Shown here: positions 1 to 12,457 of the stretch, piece by piece
Layout of the letters: each line of letters opens with the position of its first letter
How positions within the stretch are numbered: position 1 is the stretch's first letter
NCBI GenBank assembly: GCA_027451365.1
Contig: DAIDJN010000019.1
Location: 14,400 to 78,399, forward strand
DNA from: Phycisphaerales bacterium
GTDB taxonomy: Bacteria > Planctomycetota > Phycisphaerae > WQYP01
Reading direction: 5' to 3'
Length of the DNA: 64,000 bases
Translations under genes and position numbers: made by a program
The notes under the pieces: model-generated
The model's input: only the letters and a program-made list of their open reading frames with translations
Database searches by the model: none
What the model was told of the DNA's origin: nothing

Positions 1-2567
1 CCGCGGATCGGGCGGCGTTCGGAATCGCTGTTGCTGTCGGAACTCTGGCCGCGATAGAATTTCTCAAAAATACGGTGCATTTCCTCCGGTGCCAGTCCAA
101 CGCCGCGGTCCATGACACGAATTTCCACTGAGCTTGCGGTGGGTCTGGCTTGAATTTCGACGGGGGTTTGCACCTGCGAGTGTTCCACCGCATTTTCCAG
201 AAGATTGGATAGAACCTGTTCAAGTAAAATTGGATCGCCACTTATCTCAGGCAAGCCGTCGGCGACATCCAGCTTAATTTCCCGATCCGCAATCACTTTT
301 CGCCAGCGGCTGGCCACCGCGACAATCAGCTCTTCTATATCCACCACGTCGCAGTGCAGAATTGCTTTGCCGGATTCCAGTCGCGTCATTTCAAGCAGCT
401 TTTCAATGAGTTTTTCCATCCGTTGCGATTCGGCCGCAATGGTTGTGATCAGTTCGTTCCGCATTGAAGTGGCCATGGTATGTCCGGCCTCCAGTATGCT
501 GGTGGCCGAACCAGTTATGGCGGCCAATGGGGTGCGGAGATCATGTGATACCGCGGAAAGAAGTGTGTTGCGCAGCAATTCAAGGTCGGTTCTTTCGCGG
601 ATGCGCTGACTTTCCTCGGAAAGAATCATGCGTTCCATGGCGACGGCTGTTTGTGCGGTAAAGGCTTCAAGTGTGCGCATCTGGTCCGGATATCCGAGCT
701 TGGCTGAATCACCAGGCACAAGAATAAGCGCGCCAATCGTGTTCAGCACGCCCTTAAGCGGCAGATACAATCCCTTTGCGGATGGGAGCGTATTGGTCGT
801 TGCCCCGGCGCGCTGTCCATGCCTGATCACCCAATCGGCTACGCCAAGTTCTTTGTCATCCAGCGTCAGGCCTTTCGAAGCGCAGGCCAGAACGGGCACG
901 CCAGATGGCGCTGGCCGCAGAATTCCCACGCCGGAATCGAAGAATTCCCCCACATGCCGTACCGCCGTCTGCATGACTGCGGTCTGATCTGAGCATAAAA
1001 TAAGTTCACGGCTCAATTGCAATAAGGCATTCGTGCGCTGTTCGCGCAACCGCGAAAGGCGTTCCTGGTCGCGCAGCCGCGTGGTCAGCGTGCTGATGAC
1101 CAGTCCGGTCAGAAGCATAACGCCAAAAGTAATCAGATACTGCGTATCCGATACCGCAAATGAGTAGTACGGACGCACCACAGTATAATCAAAAGCCAGA
1201 ACGCTCAGGACTGTCGTGACTATTCCCGTGGTGCGGCTGTAACGTGCGGATACCCAAAGCACGCCCAGCAGGTAAAGCATAATGACATTGATATCAGACA
1301 ATCCCAACCCATGATACAGACCGATGCCCAGGGCGGTATTGACCGCGACGACGGCCAGGGCAATTACCCATTCGCGCCGATGCCATTCCTTTTTATACGC
1401 AGAGCGGGGTGCCGTGGTGGAGTCCGCATCTTCACGAATCAGGACCAGTTGAATATCACCACTCTGTTGAATTAAGGAATCGATGAAAGATTGTCTGAAC
1501 CAGCGGCGCCATCCCCGCGTTGCCGGCTTGCCAATTAAAATGCGATCTACCCCTCGCTTTTTGGCGTAGGCGATAATTTCCAATTCCGGTCGAATTCCGG
1601 AAAGCGATACGCTTTGCCCGCCCAACTGATGGGCCAGATCAAGTGTGTGCGCCACGCGGTTGCGGTCTGCCTCCGACAGCCGCCCATGGGCGCTGGTTTC
1701 CACATAAAGGGCGATCCATTCGGCCTTCCAGGCCGCGGCCATACGCGCCGCCGTGCGTACGAGATTGACCGAGGATGGACTCGGTCCAACGCAAACCAGC
1801 ACGCGCTGGGAAACCGCGGATAAATCGCGCTGCGTATGCTGCTGGCGAAACGTGTCAATATCCCGATTTATCCGGTCCGCGGTCTGCCGCAGGGCCAACT
1901 CGCGCAGCGCCAGCAGGTTGCCCATTGTAAAAAAGTGATGCAGTGCCGCATCGGCGCGCTGGCGGGCATAAATTTTGCCATCACGAAGGCGTTCAATGAG
2001 CTTTTCCGGCGGTAAATCCACCAGTTGTACTTCAGTTGCTGTCTCGAATATCGAGTCGGGCAAAGTTTCGCGAACCTTCACGCCGGTGGCACGCTCCACA
2101 ATGTCGTTCACAGATTCCAGATGCTGTACATTTAAGGTGGTATACACATCGATGCCTGCGGAAAGCAGTTCCGCAACATCCTGCCATCGCTTGGCATGAC
2201 GCATTGCCGGCGCGTTGGTGTGCGCAAGTTCGTCGACCAGAATTAATTCCGGATTGGCGGCCAATGCCGCATCCAGGTCGAATTCTTTCAATATTGTTCC
2301 GCGGTGTTCCACCAGTTTATATGGCAGAATATCCAGCCCCAGAAGCAGCGTTTCGGTTTCCGGACGAATATGCGGCTCGGCATAGCCGACCAGAACGCTT
2401 ACGCCAGCCTCGGCCTTGCGACGGGCTTCTTCCAGCATCGTGTACGTTTTCCCGACGCCCGCCGCGGCTCCAAAAAAAATCTTCAGTTTGCCGCGGCGCT
2501 GACTCGATTCTTCGTGTTGCGCGTGACGAAGCAGTGAATCGGGATCTGGCCGCTGATTCTCGTGCAT
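1..2567 (-). CDS. kdpD: Sensor histidine kinase KdpD (3' end runs off the window)
   Basis: Absent from the ORF track because it runs off the edge. Manual translation from ATG at 2567 gives MHENQRPDPDSLLRHAQHEESSQRRGKLKIFFGAAAGVGKTYTMLEEARR (KdpD N-terminal Walker-A-like motif). The same frame reads MHRIFEKFYRG (HATPase region) at ~80. Lies directly downstream of kdpC. Confidence 0.95.
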   Translation of the reverse strand, partial: MHENQRPDPDSLLRHAQHEESSQRRGKLKIFFGAAAGVGKTYTMLEEARRKAEAGVSVLVGYAEPHIRPETETLLLGLDILPYKLVEHRGTILKEFDLDAALAANPELILVDELAHTNAPAMRHAKRWQDVAELLSAGIDVYTTLNVQHLESVNDIVERATGVKVRETLPDSIFETATEVQLVDLPPEKLIERLRDGKIYARQRADAALHHFFTMGNLLALRELALRQTADRINRDIDTFRQQHTQRDLSAVSQRVLVCVGPSPSSVNLVRTAARMAAAWKAEWIALYVETSAHGRLSEADRNRVAHTLDLAHQLGGQSVSLSGIRPELEIIAYAKKRGVDRILIGKPATRGWRRWFRQSFIDSLIQQSGDIQLVLIREDADSTTAPRSAYKKEWHRREWVIALAVVAVNTALGIGLYHGLGLSDINVIMLYLLGVLWVSARYSRTTGIVTTVLSVLAFDYTVVRPYYSFAVSDTQYLITFGVMLLTGLVISTLTTRLRDQERLSRLREQRTNALLQLSRELILCSDQTAVMQTAVRHVGEFFDSGVGILRPAPSGVPVLACASKGLTLDDKELGVADWVIRHGQRAGATTNTLPSAKGLYLPLKGVLNTIGALILVPGDSAKLGYPDQMRTLEAFTAQTAVAMERMILSEESQRIRERTDLELLRNTLLSAVSHDLRTPLAAITGSATSILEAGHTMATSMRNELITTIAAESQRMEKLIEKLLEMTRLESGKAILHCDVVDIEELIVAVASRWRKVIADREIKLDVADGLPEISGDPILLEQVLSNLLENAVEHSQVQTPVEIQARPTASSVEIRVMDRGVGLAPEEMHRIFEKFYRGQSSDSNSDSERRPIR

Positions 2568-2587
2568 AATCGTTTTTCCTTCTGTTT

Positions 2588-3238
2588 TCAGTGGCGGGCG
2601 GTCGCCGGGGTGCTGGCGCTCAGGCGGTCCAGTGCCAGATTCAGCAACAGCACATTCACATGCGGCGATCCAAGAAGCCCAAATGTCCGTCCCCGGCATT
2701 CGTCACGCACCAGATGCCGCACCATGTGGGCCGGCAGCCCGCGTGCCTTGGCTACCCGGTTGACCTGGTAAAATGCGGACGCCGGGCTGATATCCGGGTC
2801 CAGCCCGCTGGCCGAATCGGTTACCAGATCAACCGGTATCGGGCCTTTCTGCGAAGGATCTGCCGCATGCAGCCGCGCCACGCGCCGTGCCACGTCCGCA
2901 TAAAGGGTGGGATTCGACGGCCCGAGGTTTGATCCCGAGCCGCAACCTCCCGTGGCGGCATTATAAGCGGTGTAAGGGACTGGGGATGTAGCGGAGGGCC
3001 TTGGCCAGAAATATTGCGGCCCGTAAAAGTCCTGACCAATCAAACGTGAGCCTACCACTTTACCCCGGGCGTTGAGCACCAGACTGCCGCTTGCCTGCCC
3101 GGGAAACAGCGTGTCAGCCAGAAGCGTGACCGCAAGCGGATAGGCCAGCCCGGTCAACCCCGTCAACACTAGAAATACGATTATGGCACAGCGTAACTGC
3201 CAAAGCATTGGATTCTCCTTATGCAGAATGATGTTCAT
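2588..3238 (-). CDS. kdpC: K+-transporting ATPase subunit C
   Basis: Motifs [63 protein letters not shown]. The start may be the second Met (MLWQ). Confidence 0.97.
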   Translation of the reverse strand: MNIILHKENPMLWQLRCAIIVFLVLTGLTGLAYPLAVTLLADTLFPGQASGSLVLNARGKVVGSRLIGQDFYGPQYFWPRPSATSPVPYTAYNAATGGCGSGSNLGPSNPTLYADVARRVARLHAADPSQKGPIPVDLVTDSASGLDPDISPASAFYQVNRVAKARGLPAHMVRHLVRDECRGRTFGLLGSPHVNVLLLNLALDRLSASTPATARH

Positions 3239-5317
3239 TTATGTCAGGTGCATGGCCACAAGGGCCATATCGATAAGTTTAATACCAATGAACGGGACAA
3301 TCAGTCCGCCCAGACCGTAAATGAGAATATTGTGCAGGAGCAGCTTGCCCGCGGGCAGCGGTCGGTATTTCACCCCGCGCAGCGCCAGGGGAATAAGCGC
3401 GACTATGATCAGGGCATTAAAGATAACCGCGGACATAATCGCACTGGCGGGCGTGGCCAGATGCATGATGTTCAGTTTTTCCATGGCCGGATAAATGCCG
3501 GCAAAAATGGCCGGAATAATGGCGAAATACTTGCTGACATCGTTGGCGATGGAAAAAGTTGTCAATGAGCCGCGGGTCATCAGCAATTGTTTGCCGATCA
3601 CTATCACTTCAATGAGTTTTGTCGGATTGGAATCCAGGTCCACCATGTTGCCGGCTTCCTTAGCCGCCTGCGTGCCGGAATTCATCGCAACGGCAACATC
3701 CGCCTGCGCCAGGGCGGGAGCATCGTTGGTGCCATCCCCTGCCATGGCTACCAGCCGTCCGCCTTGCTGATATTCGCGAATCAGTTTCAGCTTGGCTTCG
3801 GGTGTGGCCTGGGCCAGAAAATCGTCCACGCCCGCTTCGGCGGCAATCGCGGCGGCGGTCAGGGGATTGTCGCCGGTTATCATGATGGTTTGAATTCCCA
3901 TGCGGCGAAGTTCGGCGAATCGCTCTTTAATGCCGCCTTTCACCACATCCTTAAGTTCTATAACCCCCAGCACGCGGGCACCTTCGGCCACAATCAGCGG
4001 CGTGCTGCCGCGCCGTGCCACAGCATCAGCCTGCATTCGAACTTCGGGGGGCAGCGAACCGCCGACGGAACGCACGTATTCGTCTATCGCGGCCAAAGCC
4101 CCTTTGCGAATTTGTCTGTTGGGCAGGTTGACCCCTGACATTCTGGTTTGTGCGGAAAAGGCCACAAATTCCGCGCCCAGATCATCCATGACCCGTTCGC
4201 GCATTCCAAACTGTTTTTTGGCCAGCACGACAATGGACCTGCCTTCTGGCGTTTCATCAGCCAGAGAGCTTAACTGTGCGCCATCAGCCAACTCCGTATC
4301 TGTGACACCGGGGGCTGTCACAAATGCAACTGCCTGCCGGTTGCCCAACGTAATCGTTCCGGTTTTATCCAGCAGAAGCACATCCACATCGCCCGCCGCC
4401 TCCACCGCGCGGCCGGAGGTTGCAATGATATTGGCCTGAATCATCCGGTCCATGCCGGCAATGCCAATGGCGGAAAGCAGCCCGCCAATGGTGGTGGGTA
4501 TCAGACAAACCAATAAGGCCACCAGCACGGTCATGGCCACCGGTGACCCGCGACCGTTCGCGTGAACGGCATACACGGAAAATGGCAGCAGGGTCATGCA
4601 GACCAGCAGGAAAATAATGGTCAGCTTGGCCAGCAGAATATTCAGAGCAATTTCATTGGGCGTCTTCTGGCGGCTGGCGCCTTCCACCAGGGAAATCATG
4701 CGATCCAGAAAAGTTTCACCCGGATCGCAGGTCACGCGCACAATAAGCCAGTCGGAAAGCACTCGTGTGCCGCCGGTGACGCTGGACCGGTCGCCACCGG
4801 ATTCCCGAATCACGGGTGCTGATTCACCGGTAATGGCGGATTCATCCACTGAAGCGACACCCTCCGCCACTTCGCCATCTGCGGGGATCGTTTCGCCGGC
4901 TTCCACCAGCAGAATGTCGCCCTTGCGAAGTGTGGTGGCGGGCACCATGTGTGTTGTGGCGTCGCGACGGACTTCGGAAAGTTTACGGGCCGGCGTGTCG
5001 CGCCGTGCGCGGCGTAATGTATCGGCCTGGGCTTTGCCACGGCCTTCCGCCATGGCTTCGGCAAAATTGGCAAACAACACGGTAAACCAGAGCCATACGC
5101 TGATACCCAGAATAAACCCCGCGGGCGCTTCGCCATGGCCCAGGCAGGCCTGAAAGAACAGCAGAGTGGTTAAAATGCTGCCAATGAAGACCACACACAT
5201 GACCGGATTGCGTATCTGAATGCGCGGGTCCAGCTTTTTAAGGGCGTCGACAATGGCGCGGCGTATGATAGCGGCGTTAAACAGGATGGGGGCCGGTTTT
5301 GCGGTTGGGGATGACAT
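3239..5317 (-). CDS. kdpB: K+-transporting P-type ATPase subunit B
   Basis: DKTGT phosphorylation motif, [18 protein letters not shown]; 692 aa. Confidence 0.99.
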   Translation of the reverse strand: MSSPTAKPAPILFNAAIIRRAIVDALKKLDPRIQIRNPVMCVVFIGSILTTLLFFQACLGHGEAPAGFILGISVWLWFTVLFANFAEAMAEGRGKAQADTLRRARRDTPARKLSEVRRDATTHMVPATTLRKGDILLVEAGETIPADGEVAEGVASVDESAITGESAPVIRESGGDRSSVTGGTRVLSDWLIVRVTCDPGETFLDRMISLVEGASRQKTPNEIALNILLAKLTIIFLLVCMTLLPFSVYAVHANGRGSPVAMTVLVALLVCLIPTTIGGLLSAIGIAGMDRMIQANIIATSGRAVEAAGDVDVLLLDKTGTITLGNRQAVAFVTAPGVTDTELADGAQLSSLADETPEGRSIVVLAKKQFGMRERVMDDLGAEFVAFSAQTRMSGVNLPNRQIRKGALAAIDEYVRSVGGSLPPEVRMQADAVARRGSTPLIVAEGARVLGVIELKDVVKGGIKERFAELRRMGIQTIMITGDNPLTAAAIAAEAGVDDFLAQATPEAKLKLIREYQQGGRLVAMAGDGTNDAPALAQADVAVAMNSGTQAAKEAGNMVDLDSNPTKLIEVIVIGKQLLMTRGSLTTFSIANDVSKYFAIIPAIFAGIYPAMEKLNIMHLATPASAIMSAVIFNALIIVALIPLALRGVKYRPLPAGKLLLHNILIYGLGGLIVPFIGIKLIDMALVAMHLT

Positions 5318-5369
5318 GAAATGTCTCCATATGATTAGAGGTATATAAAATGGGGCAATCTGAAGGTCG

Positions 5370-7148
5370 TCAATGCATCATCTGAAAATATTCCGCGATC
5401 GGTCCCAGCGCCAGCGCGGGTAGAAATGTAAGCGCCCCGATCAGCACCACGATGGCGGCAAGCCACACCACAAACAGGGCGTTGTGGGTCGGAAGCGTCC
5501 CCCCGGATACGGGAACAATTTTTTTCCGCCCCAACGACCCCGCGATGGCCAGAACCGGCACAATCAGCCAGTAGCGTGATATCCACATCATGATTGCTCC
5601 GGCCAGGTTGTAAACCAGGTTGTTGGTATTCAATCCGGCAAAGGCGCTGCCATTGTTGTTGCCCACGGAACTCGCCCAATAAAGAATTTCGCTGTAGCCG
5701 TGCGCGCCAGGATTGTTCGTGGCCGCCACTGCGGACGGCACGCAAACGGCCGTTGCCGCGCCCAGCAGCACCAACGCTGGCGGTATCAGGACAATCAGTG
5801 CCGCCATTTTCATTTCAAAGGCCTCGATCTTTTTCCCCAGATATTCCGGTGTGCGGCCTACCATCAGGCCGGCGGCGAAAACGGCGACAATCACAAAGGC
5901 CAGCATGCCATAGAGTCCGGACCCCACGCCCCCGAAAATGATTTCGCCCATTTCCATCAACCACAGCGGTATCAATCCCCCCAGCGCGGTATAAGAATCG
6001 TGCATGGAATTGACGGATCCGTTGGATGCCGCGGTGGTCGCGGTGGCCCAAATGGCGGAATCCGTTACGCCAAACCGCGTTTCTTTACCTTCCATATTTC
6101 CGCCGGACATCAATGCCGAATGGGTCTGGTCCACACCATGAAATACAATGCCGGGATTGGCTGTATGTTCCGCGGCCACACAGCCGATCATAAGCGGTAC
6201 AAAAATCAGCAGCATGGTGACCAGCAGAGCCCAGCCCTGTCGCGTGTCACCGACCATTGTCCCGTAGGTGTAACAGAGAGCTGCCGGAATCAGCAGAATC
6301 GCCAGCATCTCTAAAAAATTACTCAAGGCCGTGGGGTTTTCAAAAGGATGCGCGGAATTTACACCGAAAAAGCCGCCTCCATTGGTACCCAACTGCTTAA
6401 TGGCAACCTGTGAAGCCGCGGGCCCCAGCGGCAATATCTGATGCTTCACCCAAACTGTCTGATTCATCAATTTGCCGTCGGTTCCCGTTACCGGATTGCT
6501 GTAGCTGACGGGCTGAACCAGCGGCACGGTCTTATATGGATTCAGAGTCTGCACCACACCCGCAGAAACCAGAGCTATTGCCAATACAAACGACAGCGGC
6601 AACAGGATATAGACCACGCCGCGGATCAGATCCACCCAGAAATTGCCAAGATTGGCGATTTGCTTTCCGCGAATGCCGCGAATAAGGGCCACCAGTACCG
6701 CCAAGCCAACACCCGCGGAAACAAAGTTCTGCACCGTCATCGCCAGCATTTGTGTCAGGTAGCTAAGTGTGGTTTCGCCGTTGTAGCTTTGCCAGTCGGT
6801 ATTGGTGGCAAAGCTGATGGCGGAATTCAACGAAAGATCAGCCGCCACGCCGGAAAAATGTTGGGGGTTTAGTGGCAGGAACCCCTGAACCCGCTGAAGC
6901 ATGTAAACCGCCAGCGCACTAAGCAAACTGAAAAGCATGACGGCGACGGCATAAGTACTCCAGGTCATGGCCGTGTCGGCGTTAATGCCGCACAGGCGAC
7001 AGGTCAGCGTTTCAAGCCATCCGAGAGCCTTTTTCATAAAGTTGGGCCTGCCCTCATAAACGCAGGCCATATACGCGCCCAGTGGCTTCACCAGCAAAAG
7101 CAGCGCTCCAATATAAAGAGTCATTTGTAACCAGGCATTCAAAGGCAT
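5370..7148 (-). CDS. kdpA: K+-transporting ATPase subunit A
   Basis: Motifs [55 protein letters not shown]. Start placed at ATG 7148 (MPLNAWLQ), overlapping the kdpF stop (TAATG). Confidence 0.98.
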   Translation of the reverse strand: MPLNAWLQMTLYIGALLLLVKPLGAYMACVYEGRPNFMKKALGWLETLTCRLCGINADTAMTWSTYAVAVMLFSLLSALAVYMLQRVQGFLPLNPQHFSGVAADLSLNSAISFATNTDWQSYNGETTLSYLTQMLAMTVQNFVSAGVGLAVLVALIRGIRGKQIANLGNFWVDLIRGVVYILLPLSFVLAIALVSAGVVQTLNPYKTVPLVQPVSYSNPVTGTDGKLMNQTVWVKHQILPLGPAASQVAIKQLGTNGGGFFGVNSAHPFENPTALSNFLEMLAILLIPAALCYTYGTMVGDTRQGWALLVTMLLIFVPLMIGCVAAEHTANPGIVFHGVDQTHSALMSGGNMEGKETRFGVTDSAIWATATTAASNGSVNSMHDSYTALGGLIPLWLMEMGEIIFGGVGSGLYGMLAFVIVAVFAAGLMVGRTPEYLGKKIEAFEMKMAALIVLIPPALVLLGAATAVCVPSAVAATNNPGAHGYSEILYWASSVGNNNGSAFAGLNTNNLVYNLAGAIMMWISRYWLIVPVLAIAGSLGRKKIVPVSGGTLPTHNALFVVWLAAIVVLIGALTFLPALALGPIAEYFQMMH

Positions 7149-7237
7149 TAAAACTTCTCCGGAAAAAGCATGGCGAAAATCAAATAGCCCAGCATCGCCA
7201 AGGACAACAGTGCACCGAGCCAATCCATCACCGTCAT
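7148..7237 (-). CDS. kdpF: K+-transporting ATPase subunit F (29 aa)
   Basis: Manual translation MTVMDWLGALLSLAMLGYLIFAMLFPEKF*, with the KdpF signature YL..A.L.PEKF. AGGAG RBS upstream; TAATG overlap with kdpA. Confidence 0.93.
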   Translation of the reverse strand: MTVMDWLGALLSLAMLGYLIFAMLFPEKF

Positions 7238-7326
7238 GGCCTGTCTCCTAAAATGATGCACAATTTAAGCAGCCCAAGCGTGAGCGCCATAAGTGCAGAA
7301 GTCACACCCAACATAAGCCAGTCCAT
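7234..7326 (-). CDS. Small hydrophobic peptide (30 aa) heading the kdp operon
   Basis: Manual translation MDWLMLGVTSALMALTLGLLKLCIILGDRP*. GGAG RBS upstream, ATGA overlap with the kdpF start, one TM-like helix. Confidence 0.7.
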   Translation of the reverse strand: MDWLMLGVTSALMALTLGLLKLCIILGDRP

Positions 7327-7388
7327 ATTTTTTTCTCCGGCAACATACGTTTCATGCACAATGCACAAGCCTGTTGTATGTGAACGGA

Positions 7389-7439
7389 TTTCAAGATGCT
7401 GTAAAAAAATCGGCCGGTGGTATCAAGAAACTATCAAGA
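7389..7439 (-). promoter_or_regulatory. Putative KdpE (OmpR-family) binding sites
   Basis: Minus strand reads CTTGATA-GTTT-CTTGATA ... TTTTACA-GCAT-CTTGAAA. These are two pairs of half-sites at 11-bp spacing, with the inner sites 21 bp apart, just upstream of the kdp operon. Resembles the E. coli KdpE box TTTATA-N5-TTTACA. Confidence 0.65.
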
Positions 7440-7890
7440 CGCGAATCGGTGGATTTTCTTTCGACCGTGGCTGTTTGGTGGGCACCAGCATTCCCGCAGA
7501 GTAAATATAATTATTCGCAAAAGCAATTTTGGCTTTTCGTGAGAAAATTCAGGCTCGGAAAGGGCCAAACTTCTGTTTGGTTGCCAATTCCAATCAAGGA
7601 GTAACCTGCCAGCATCCGATAATTAAATAATGGTGCGATTGTTTGGATGCATTCGACCTAGCAAGCCCGGATGGGCGGATTCGCGTTCCGCCGCAGGCGA
7701 AGAACTGGACATGGACGACCGGTGAGCCGCGAATGATTCGAATTTTCGCAAATATCAAAATTAATGTCTGTTGCGTTTGTGGTTTTAGCTGATTTGTTCG
7801 GCTAAACTAACAAGTGTGTAGAGAGATTTTATTATTCCACAGGCTGTGAGCTTGTTGTAAATCAGCCTGTGATCATTCGGAGACTTCATC

Positions 7891-10767
7891 GTGGACACCT
7901 CGGACTCTTTGGGCCGTCCAATTGATTCGGTAAATGCCCTGAACGCGGAATTTCTTCAAGACCTTTATCAGAAATGGCAGCAGGACCCGCAATCGGTTGA
8001 TGCCCAGTGGCGCTGGTTTTTTCAGGGCTTTAACCTGGCATCCGACGGGGCGTTATCGGCGGGGGCCAACCAGTCCACCGCCACAGCGGCGCCGACAGGT
8101 CTGGCGGCTGAGCCAGATTTGCAGATTGCCGACCTGATTCACAGTTATCGCGAATGGGGCCATTTGATCGCCGATTTGGACCCGCTGGGGCGGAATCAGA
8201 CAGAGCATCCGTTTTTAGGGTTGGAAGAATTCGGCCTGCGCGAAGCCGACTTGGACCGTATGGTCAAGGCTGGAAGCTTTGCCGGCAACAGCGTTGTGTC
8301 GCTGCGGCAGCTTATTTCCATGCTCCGCGCCACCTACTGCGGCACGCTTGCCGTGGAATATATGGACATACAGGATCCGGCCCAGCGCGCGTTTTTACAG
8401 GAACGCATGGAGCCGATGTTGAACAAACCCGAGCTGACCGCCGCGCAGCGGAAATTTATCATGTCTCGCCTGATCGCGGCCGAAGATTTCGAGCAATTTC
8501 TCCAGCGTCGGCATCCGACAGTCAAACGCTTTTCCATAGAGGGGGCGGAATCACAAATTACTTTGCTGGACGAATTAATTGAACATGGAGCCGCACTGGG
8601 TGTAGATGAAATGATTTTCGGGATGGCACACCGCGGGCGACTGAATGTGCTGGCGCATATCCTCAAAAAGCCTTATGAAATGATTCTTGCCGAGGTTCTG
8701 GACCGCCCACAGAAACTGGGTGGCGACGGGGATGTGAAATACCACCTCGGCTATGCGTACGATCATACCACGCAGGCCGGCGGGTCTATCCACCTTTCCT
8801 TGGCGGCGAATCCAAGCCATCTGGAAATTGTGGACCCGGTGGTGGAGGGCATCGTCCGCGCGAAACAAAACCGCAAAGGAGATGTGACCCGTCAGCGCGT
8901 GGTGCCCGTCCTGATTCACGGCGACGCGGCCTTTACCGGGCAGGGGATTGTATCTGAAACACTGTATCTATCAGAGCTGGAGGCCTACCGCACGGGGGGC
9001 ACGATTCATATTATCTGTAACAATCAGATCGGATTCACGACCGACCCGACCGATTCCCGTTTCACGCGGTATCCTAGCGATATTGCCCGCGCCATTCAGG
9101 CGCCAGTTTTTCATGTCAATGGCGATGATCCGGAAGCGGTTGTGCACGCGGCACGCCTTGCGATGGAATTCCGCCAGCGATTCAAGGCGGACGTCATTAT
9201 TGATCTGGTCTGTTACCGTCGCCGGGGCCACAATGAATTAGATGATCCCAGCGTGACCCAGCCGGTGGTTTACCGGCAAATCGCCAAACACCCCACGACC
9301 CGCCAATTGTACGCCAAGCGCCTTCTGGAGGCTGGCGTTACCAATGCGGCCGATCTGGACGCCATGGCGGCACAGGTGCATGAACGCCTCGAAAAAGCTC
9401 AGGAATATGCACAAACGTTCAAGCCCACAGATTTGCCGCCCCCGACCCGCGGACCTTGGCGAGACGTGGTGAAGGCGCCACGTGATATTCGTGACTGGCG
9501 TGTGGAAACCGCGGTACCCGCGGAACGCCTGACTCAAATCGCCCGTCAGGTCTGCGCTATGCCCGAGGGATTCAATGTCCACCCGAAGGTTGCGCAGATG
9601 TACAAAATGCGGCTCGAATCCGTGACCAAGGGTACGGACATTGACTGGGGCTGCGGCGAAATGCTGGCGATTGGCTCGCTGCTGGATCAGGGAATTTGGG
9701 TGCGACTGACCGGACAGGATGTGTGCCGTGGCACATTTAGTCATCGCAATGCGGTTATTTACGATTCCCAGACCGGTCGCGGCCACACCCCGCTCGGTGC
9801 TTTCTGCGAAAACAAATCCCGTTTTACCATCATCAACACCATGCTTTCTGAACTGGCTGTGGTGGGATTTGAATACGGCTTTTCATCTGCAGATCCGCAG
9901 GCGCTTGTCATGTGGGAAGCGCAATTCGGCGATTTTGTAAACATGGCCCAGCCGATTATTGACCAGTTCATCACCACTGCCGAAACAAAATGGGGCAAAT
10001 ACAACGGGTTGGTCATGCTGCTGCCCCACGGATACGAAGGCCAGGGGCCGGAGCATTCCCATGCCCGCCTGGAACGGTTTTTACAATTGGCCGCTGAAGA
10101 TAATATTCAGGTCTGCAACCCGACCACGCCGGCGCAATATTTTCATCTGCTCCGGCGGCAGGTGCTGCGCCAATTCCGCAAGCCGCTGATTGTCATGGCT
10201 CCCAAAAGCCTGCTCCGGAACAAACTGGCGGTTTCCAGCATTCAGGATTTTGCCAGTGCCCAGTTCGAAGAAATTATTGATGAAATCCGCCCGCTGGAAC
10301 GCTCGCGAGTGCGCCGTGTTCTGATTTGCAGCGGAAAAATCTACTACGAACTGCTTGCCGAGCGCGAACGCCACCGCATTACGGATATCGCCATTCTGCG
10401 ACTGGAACAGATTTATCCTTTCCATGCCGAACGGCTGACTGAAATCGCCCGCACCTATCCCAAGGGAGTGGAAATGGTCTGGGTACAGGAGGAACCGCGG
10501 AACAACGGTGTGTATCCGTTTATTGGTGCCAAACTGCACTATCATTGGCCAGGCATGCAGAAGCTGACGTACATTGGCCGCAAACCGTCCAGCAGTCCCG
10601 CCGCCGGTTCGCATGAACGCCACCACCACGAACAGGAAGAAATTATTATACGGGCTTTGAATCTTTCCCTGACGGAACTGGAAAAACAGGACCACAGCCT
10701 GAGCAATGGCAAAGTAGCCGCGCCCAGCCAGGTCGAAGTAACGGAAGGGACACCCGTAGGCAAGTAA
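7891..10767 (+). CDS. sucA: 2-oxoglutarate dehydrogenase E1 component
   Basis: Motifs [38 protein letters not shown] (TPP), [25 protein letters not shown] start with GGAG RBS. Confidence 0.98.
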   Translation: MDTSDSLGRPIDSVNALNAEFLQDLYQKWQQDPQSVDAQWRWFFQGFNLASDGALSAGANQSTATAAPTGLAAEPDLQIADLIHSYREWGHLIADLDPLGRNQTEHPFLGLEEFGLREADLDRMVKAGSFAGNSVVSLRQLISMLRATYCGTLAVEYMDIQDPAQRAFLQERMEPMLNKPELTAAQRKFIMSRLIAAEDFEQFLQRRHPTVKRFSIEGAESQITLLDELIEHGAALGVDEMIFGMAHRGRLNVLAHILKKPYEMILAEVLDRPQKLGGDGDVKYHLGYAYDHTTQAGGSIHLSLAANPSHLEIVDPVVEGIVRAKQNRKGDVTRQRVVPVLIHGDAAFTGQGIVSETLYLSELEAYRTGGTIHIICNNQIGFTTDPTDSRFTRYPSDIARAIQAPVFHVNGDDPEAVVHAARLAMEFRQRFKADVIIDLVCYRRRGHNELDDPSVTQPVVYRQIAKHPTTRQLYAKRLLEAGVTNAADLDAMAAQVHERLEKAQEYAQTFKPTDLPPPTRGPWRDVVKAPRDIRDWRVETAVPAERLTQIARQVCAMPEGFNVHPKVAQMYKMRLESVTKGTDIDWGCGEMLAIGSLLDQGIWVRLTGQDVCRGTFSHRNAVIYDSQTGRGHTPLGAFCENKSRFTIINTMLSELAVVGFEYGFSSADPQALVMWEAQFGDFVNMAQPIIDQFITTAETKWGKYNGLVMLLPHGYEGQGPEHSHARLERFLQLAAEDNIQVCNPTTPAQYFHLLRRQVLRQFRKPLIVMAPKSLLRNKLAVSSIQDFASAQFEEIIDEIRPLERSRVRRVLICSGKIYYELLAERERHRITDIAILRLEQIYPFHAERLTEIARTYPKGVEMVWVQEEPRNNGVYPFIGAKLHYHWPGMQKLTYIGRKPSSSPAAGSHERHHHEQEEIIIRALNLSLTELEKQDHSLSNGKVAAPSQVEVTEGTPVGK

Positions 10768-10843
10768 AACAACGCCCGGCCGCCGGCCGGGGCCAGATGG
10801 ATGTTGTGGAACCGCAAGGATGTTAACAGGAAAGTATGATTCC

Positions 10844-12106
10844 ATGAGTACGACACAAGTAGATTTATTTGTTCCAGGCCTGGGCGAATCAATTACGGAG
10901 GCCCGAATCGCCAATTGGGTGAAGACCGATGGCGATTCAGTGGTTGCCGATGATGTGGTGGCGGAGTTGGAAACGGATAAAGCGACGGTAGAACTGCCCG
11001 CCGGTTCAACTGGCGTATTGCGGATTGTCAAAGATCGCGGTCAAACCGTGAACGTAGGTGACCTGATTGCGCGCATTGAACCCGGCGCGGCGGGTGGTAA
11101 GGCGATCGCCGCCTCGGCCCAGAAGACGCCACCGGCCCGAAATCTGGCACCATCGGTCCAGCGCCTGGTGACGGAAAAGAATCTGGACCCCGCAAAAATT
11201 TCGCCCACCGGTCCGGGAAATCGCATCACCAAAGCGGATGTCGTGACCCATCTGGATGCCAAAGATGCGGGAGCCACGTCCCAGTCGGATGCCGCCGCCG
11301 CTGAAACTTCCCGTGCCGTCCGCCAGTCCCAACCCGGAAGGCCAACCGCCGTCCCGGCGGATGCCGCCAGATCCGCCGCACCGGTCATAGCCGCGGCCGC
11401 TGATGGTCCGGAAGAAACGCGTGTGGAAATGTCCAAGCTGCGCGAAACCGTGGCGCGACGGCTGGTCGAGGCACAGCACACCGCCGCGATTTTGACTACT
11501 TTCAATGAAGTCGATATGTCCGCGGTCATGTCGTTGCGCGACAAATACAAGGAAAAATTTGAAAAGACCCACAGTGTCGGGCTCGGTTTCCTGTCCTTTT
11601 TCGCAAAAGCCGTCTGTGCCGCCGCCAAAGCCGTTCCCGTGGTGAATGCCCAGCTTCAGCAGCGGGCGATTGTCTACAAAAAACATCTGCACCTGGGTGT
11701 GGCCGTGGCTACGGAAAAGGGCCTTATTGTGCCCGTGGTGCGCTATGCCGACAAACTTTCCATGGCCCAGATTGAAGCCGAAATTAAGCGGTTGGCTACC
11801 CGCGCCCGCGAGGGAAAAATTTCCCTGGAAGAACTTGGCGGGGGCACGTTTACCATTACGAACGGTGGCGTATTCGGATCGCTGTTGTCCACGCCCATCC
11901 TGAATCCACCGCAAAGCGCTATTCTCGGTCTGCATAAAATTGAAAAGCGCGCGGTTGTCGTCAACGATCAGATTGTCATCCGCCCGATGATGTATCTGGC
12001 TCTTAGTTACGACCATCGCCTGATCGACGGCCAGCAGGCCGTGACCTTCCTGGTGCACATGAAAGAATCGCTTGAGGATCCTTCGCGACTGCTGCTGGAA
12101 GTGTAA
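10844..12106 (+). CDS. sucB: Dihydrolipoamide succinyltransferase E2
   Basis: Lipoyl motif LETDKA, E3-binding domain, YDHRLIDG catalytic motif; follows sucA. Confidence 0.97.
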   Translation: MSTTQVDLFVPGLGESITEARIANWVKTDGDSVVADDVVAELETDKATVELPAGSTGVLRIVKDRGQTVNVGDLIARIEPGAAGGKAIAASAQKTPPARNLAPSVQRLVTEKNLDPAKISPTGPGNRITKADVVTHLDAKDAGATSQSDAAAAETSRAVRQSQPGRPTAVPADAARSAAPVIAAAADGPEETRVEMSKLRETVARRLVEAQHTAAILTTFNEVDMSAVMSLRDKYKEKFEKTHSVGLGFLSFFAKAVCAAAKAVPVVNAQLQQRAIVYKKHLHLGVAVATEKGLIVPVVRYADKLSMAQIEAEIKRLATRAREGKISLEELGGGTFTITNGGVFGSLLSTPILNPPQSAILGLHKIEKRAVVVNDQIVIRPMMYLALSYDHRLIDGQQAVTFLVHMKESLEDPSRLLLEV

Positions 12107-12457
12107 GCCTCCGAAACTCAATGCATACCCTGCTTATGTGAACCGCTGAAGCCACACCGCCGGTCAGGCGATTCGGCGGTTCTTGCAATACTGTGGGTAA
12201 AATCGCGACCGCTGGTATTCCGCGATGGCATTCTCCTTTGGAATGCATGGCTTGTTCAATCGACGAATTGCCGAAGTGCTCGTCGGTTAAGGCATCCGTA
12301 CCGGTCCGGTGGCTTATTTGAAAGGGTCTTTCAGCGTGGTGGATACTAATTTGGCTAAAAAATAGCCTTTTTTTTCATGAGCCCTTGTATCCTGCGGAAT
12401 TCTTACTATGATACACGCAGTTTCTGGTTTTCTTTGTTCTTTATAAAGGATTTGCCA

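Noticed and set aside
205..2569. Several + strand and short - strand ORFs in the first 2.6 kb
   Set aside because: They are shadow ORFs of kdpD, which the track omitted because it runs off the window.
11006..12121. 371-aa antisense ORF (similarly 10081..11031, 34316..35158, 36631..37650)
   Set aside because: Antisense to well-supported genes (sucB, sucA, GH43, UbiD); typical shadow ORFs of GC-rich coding DNA.
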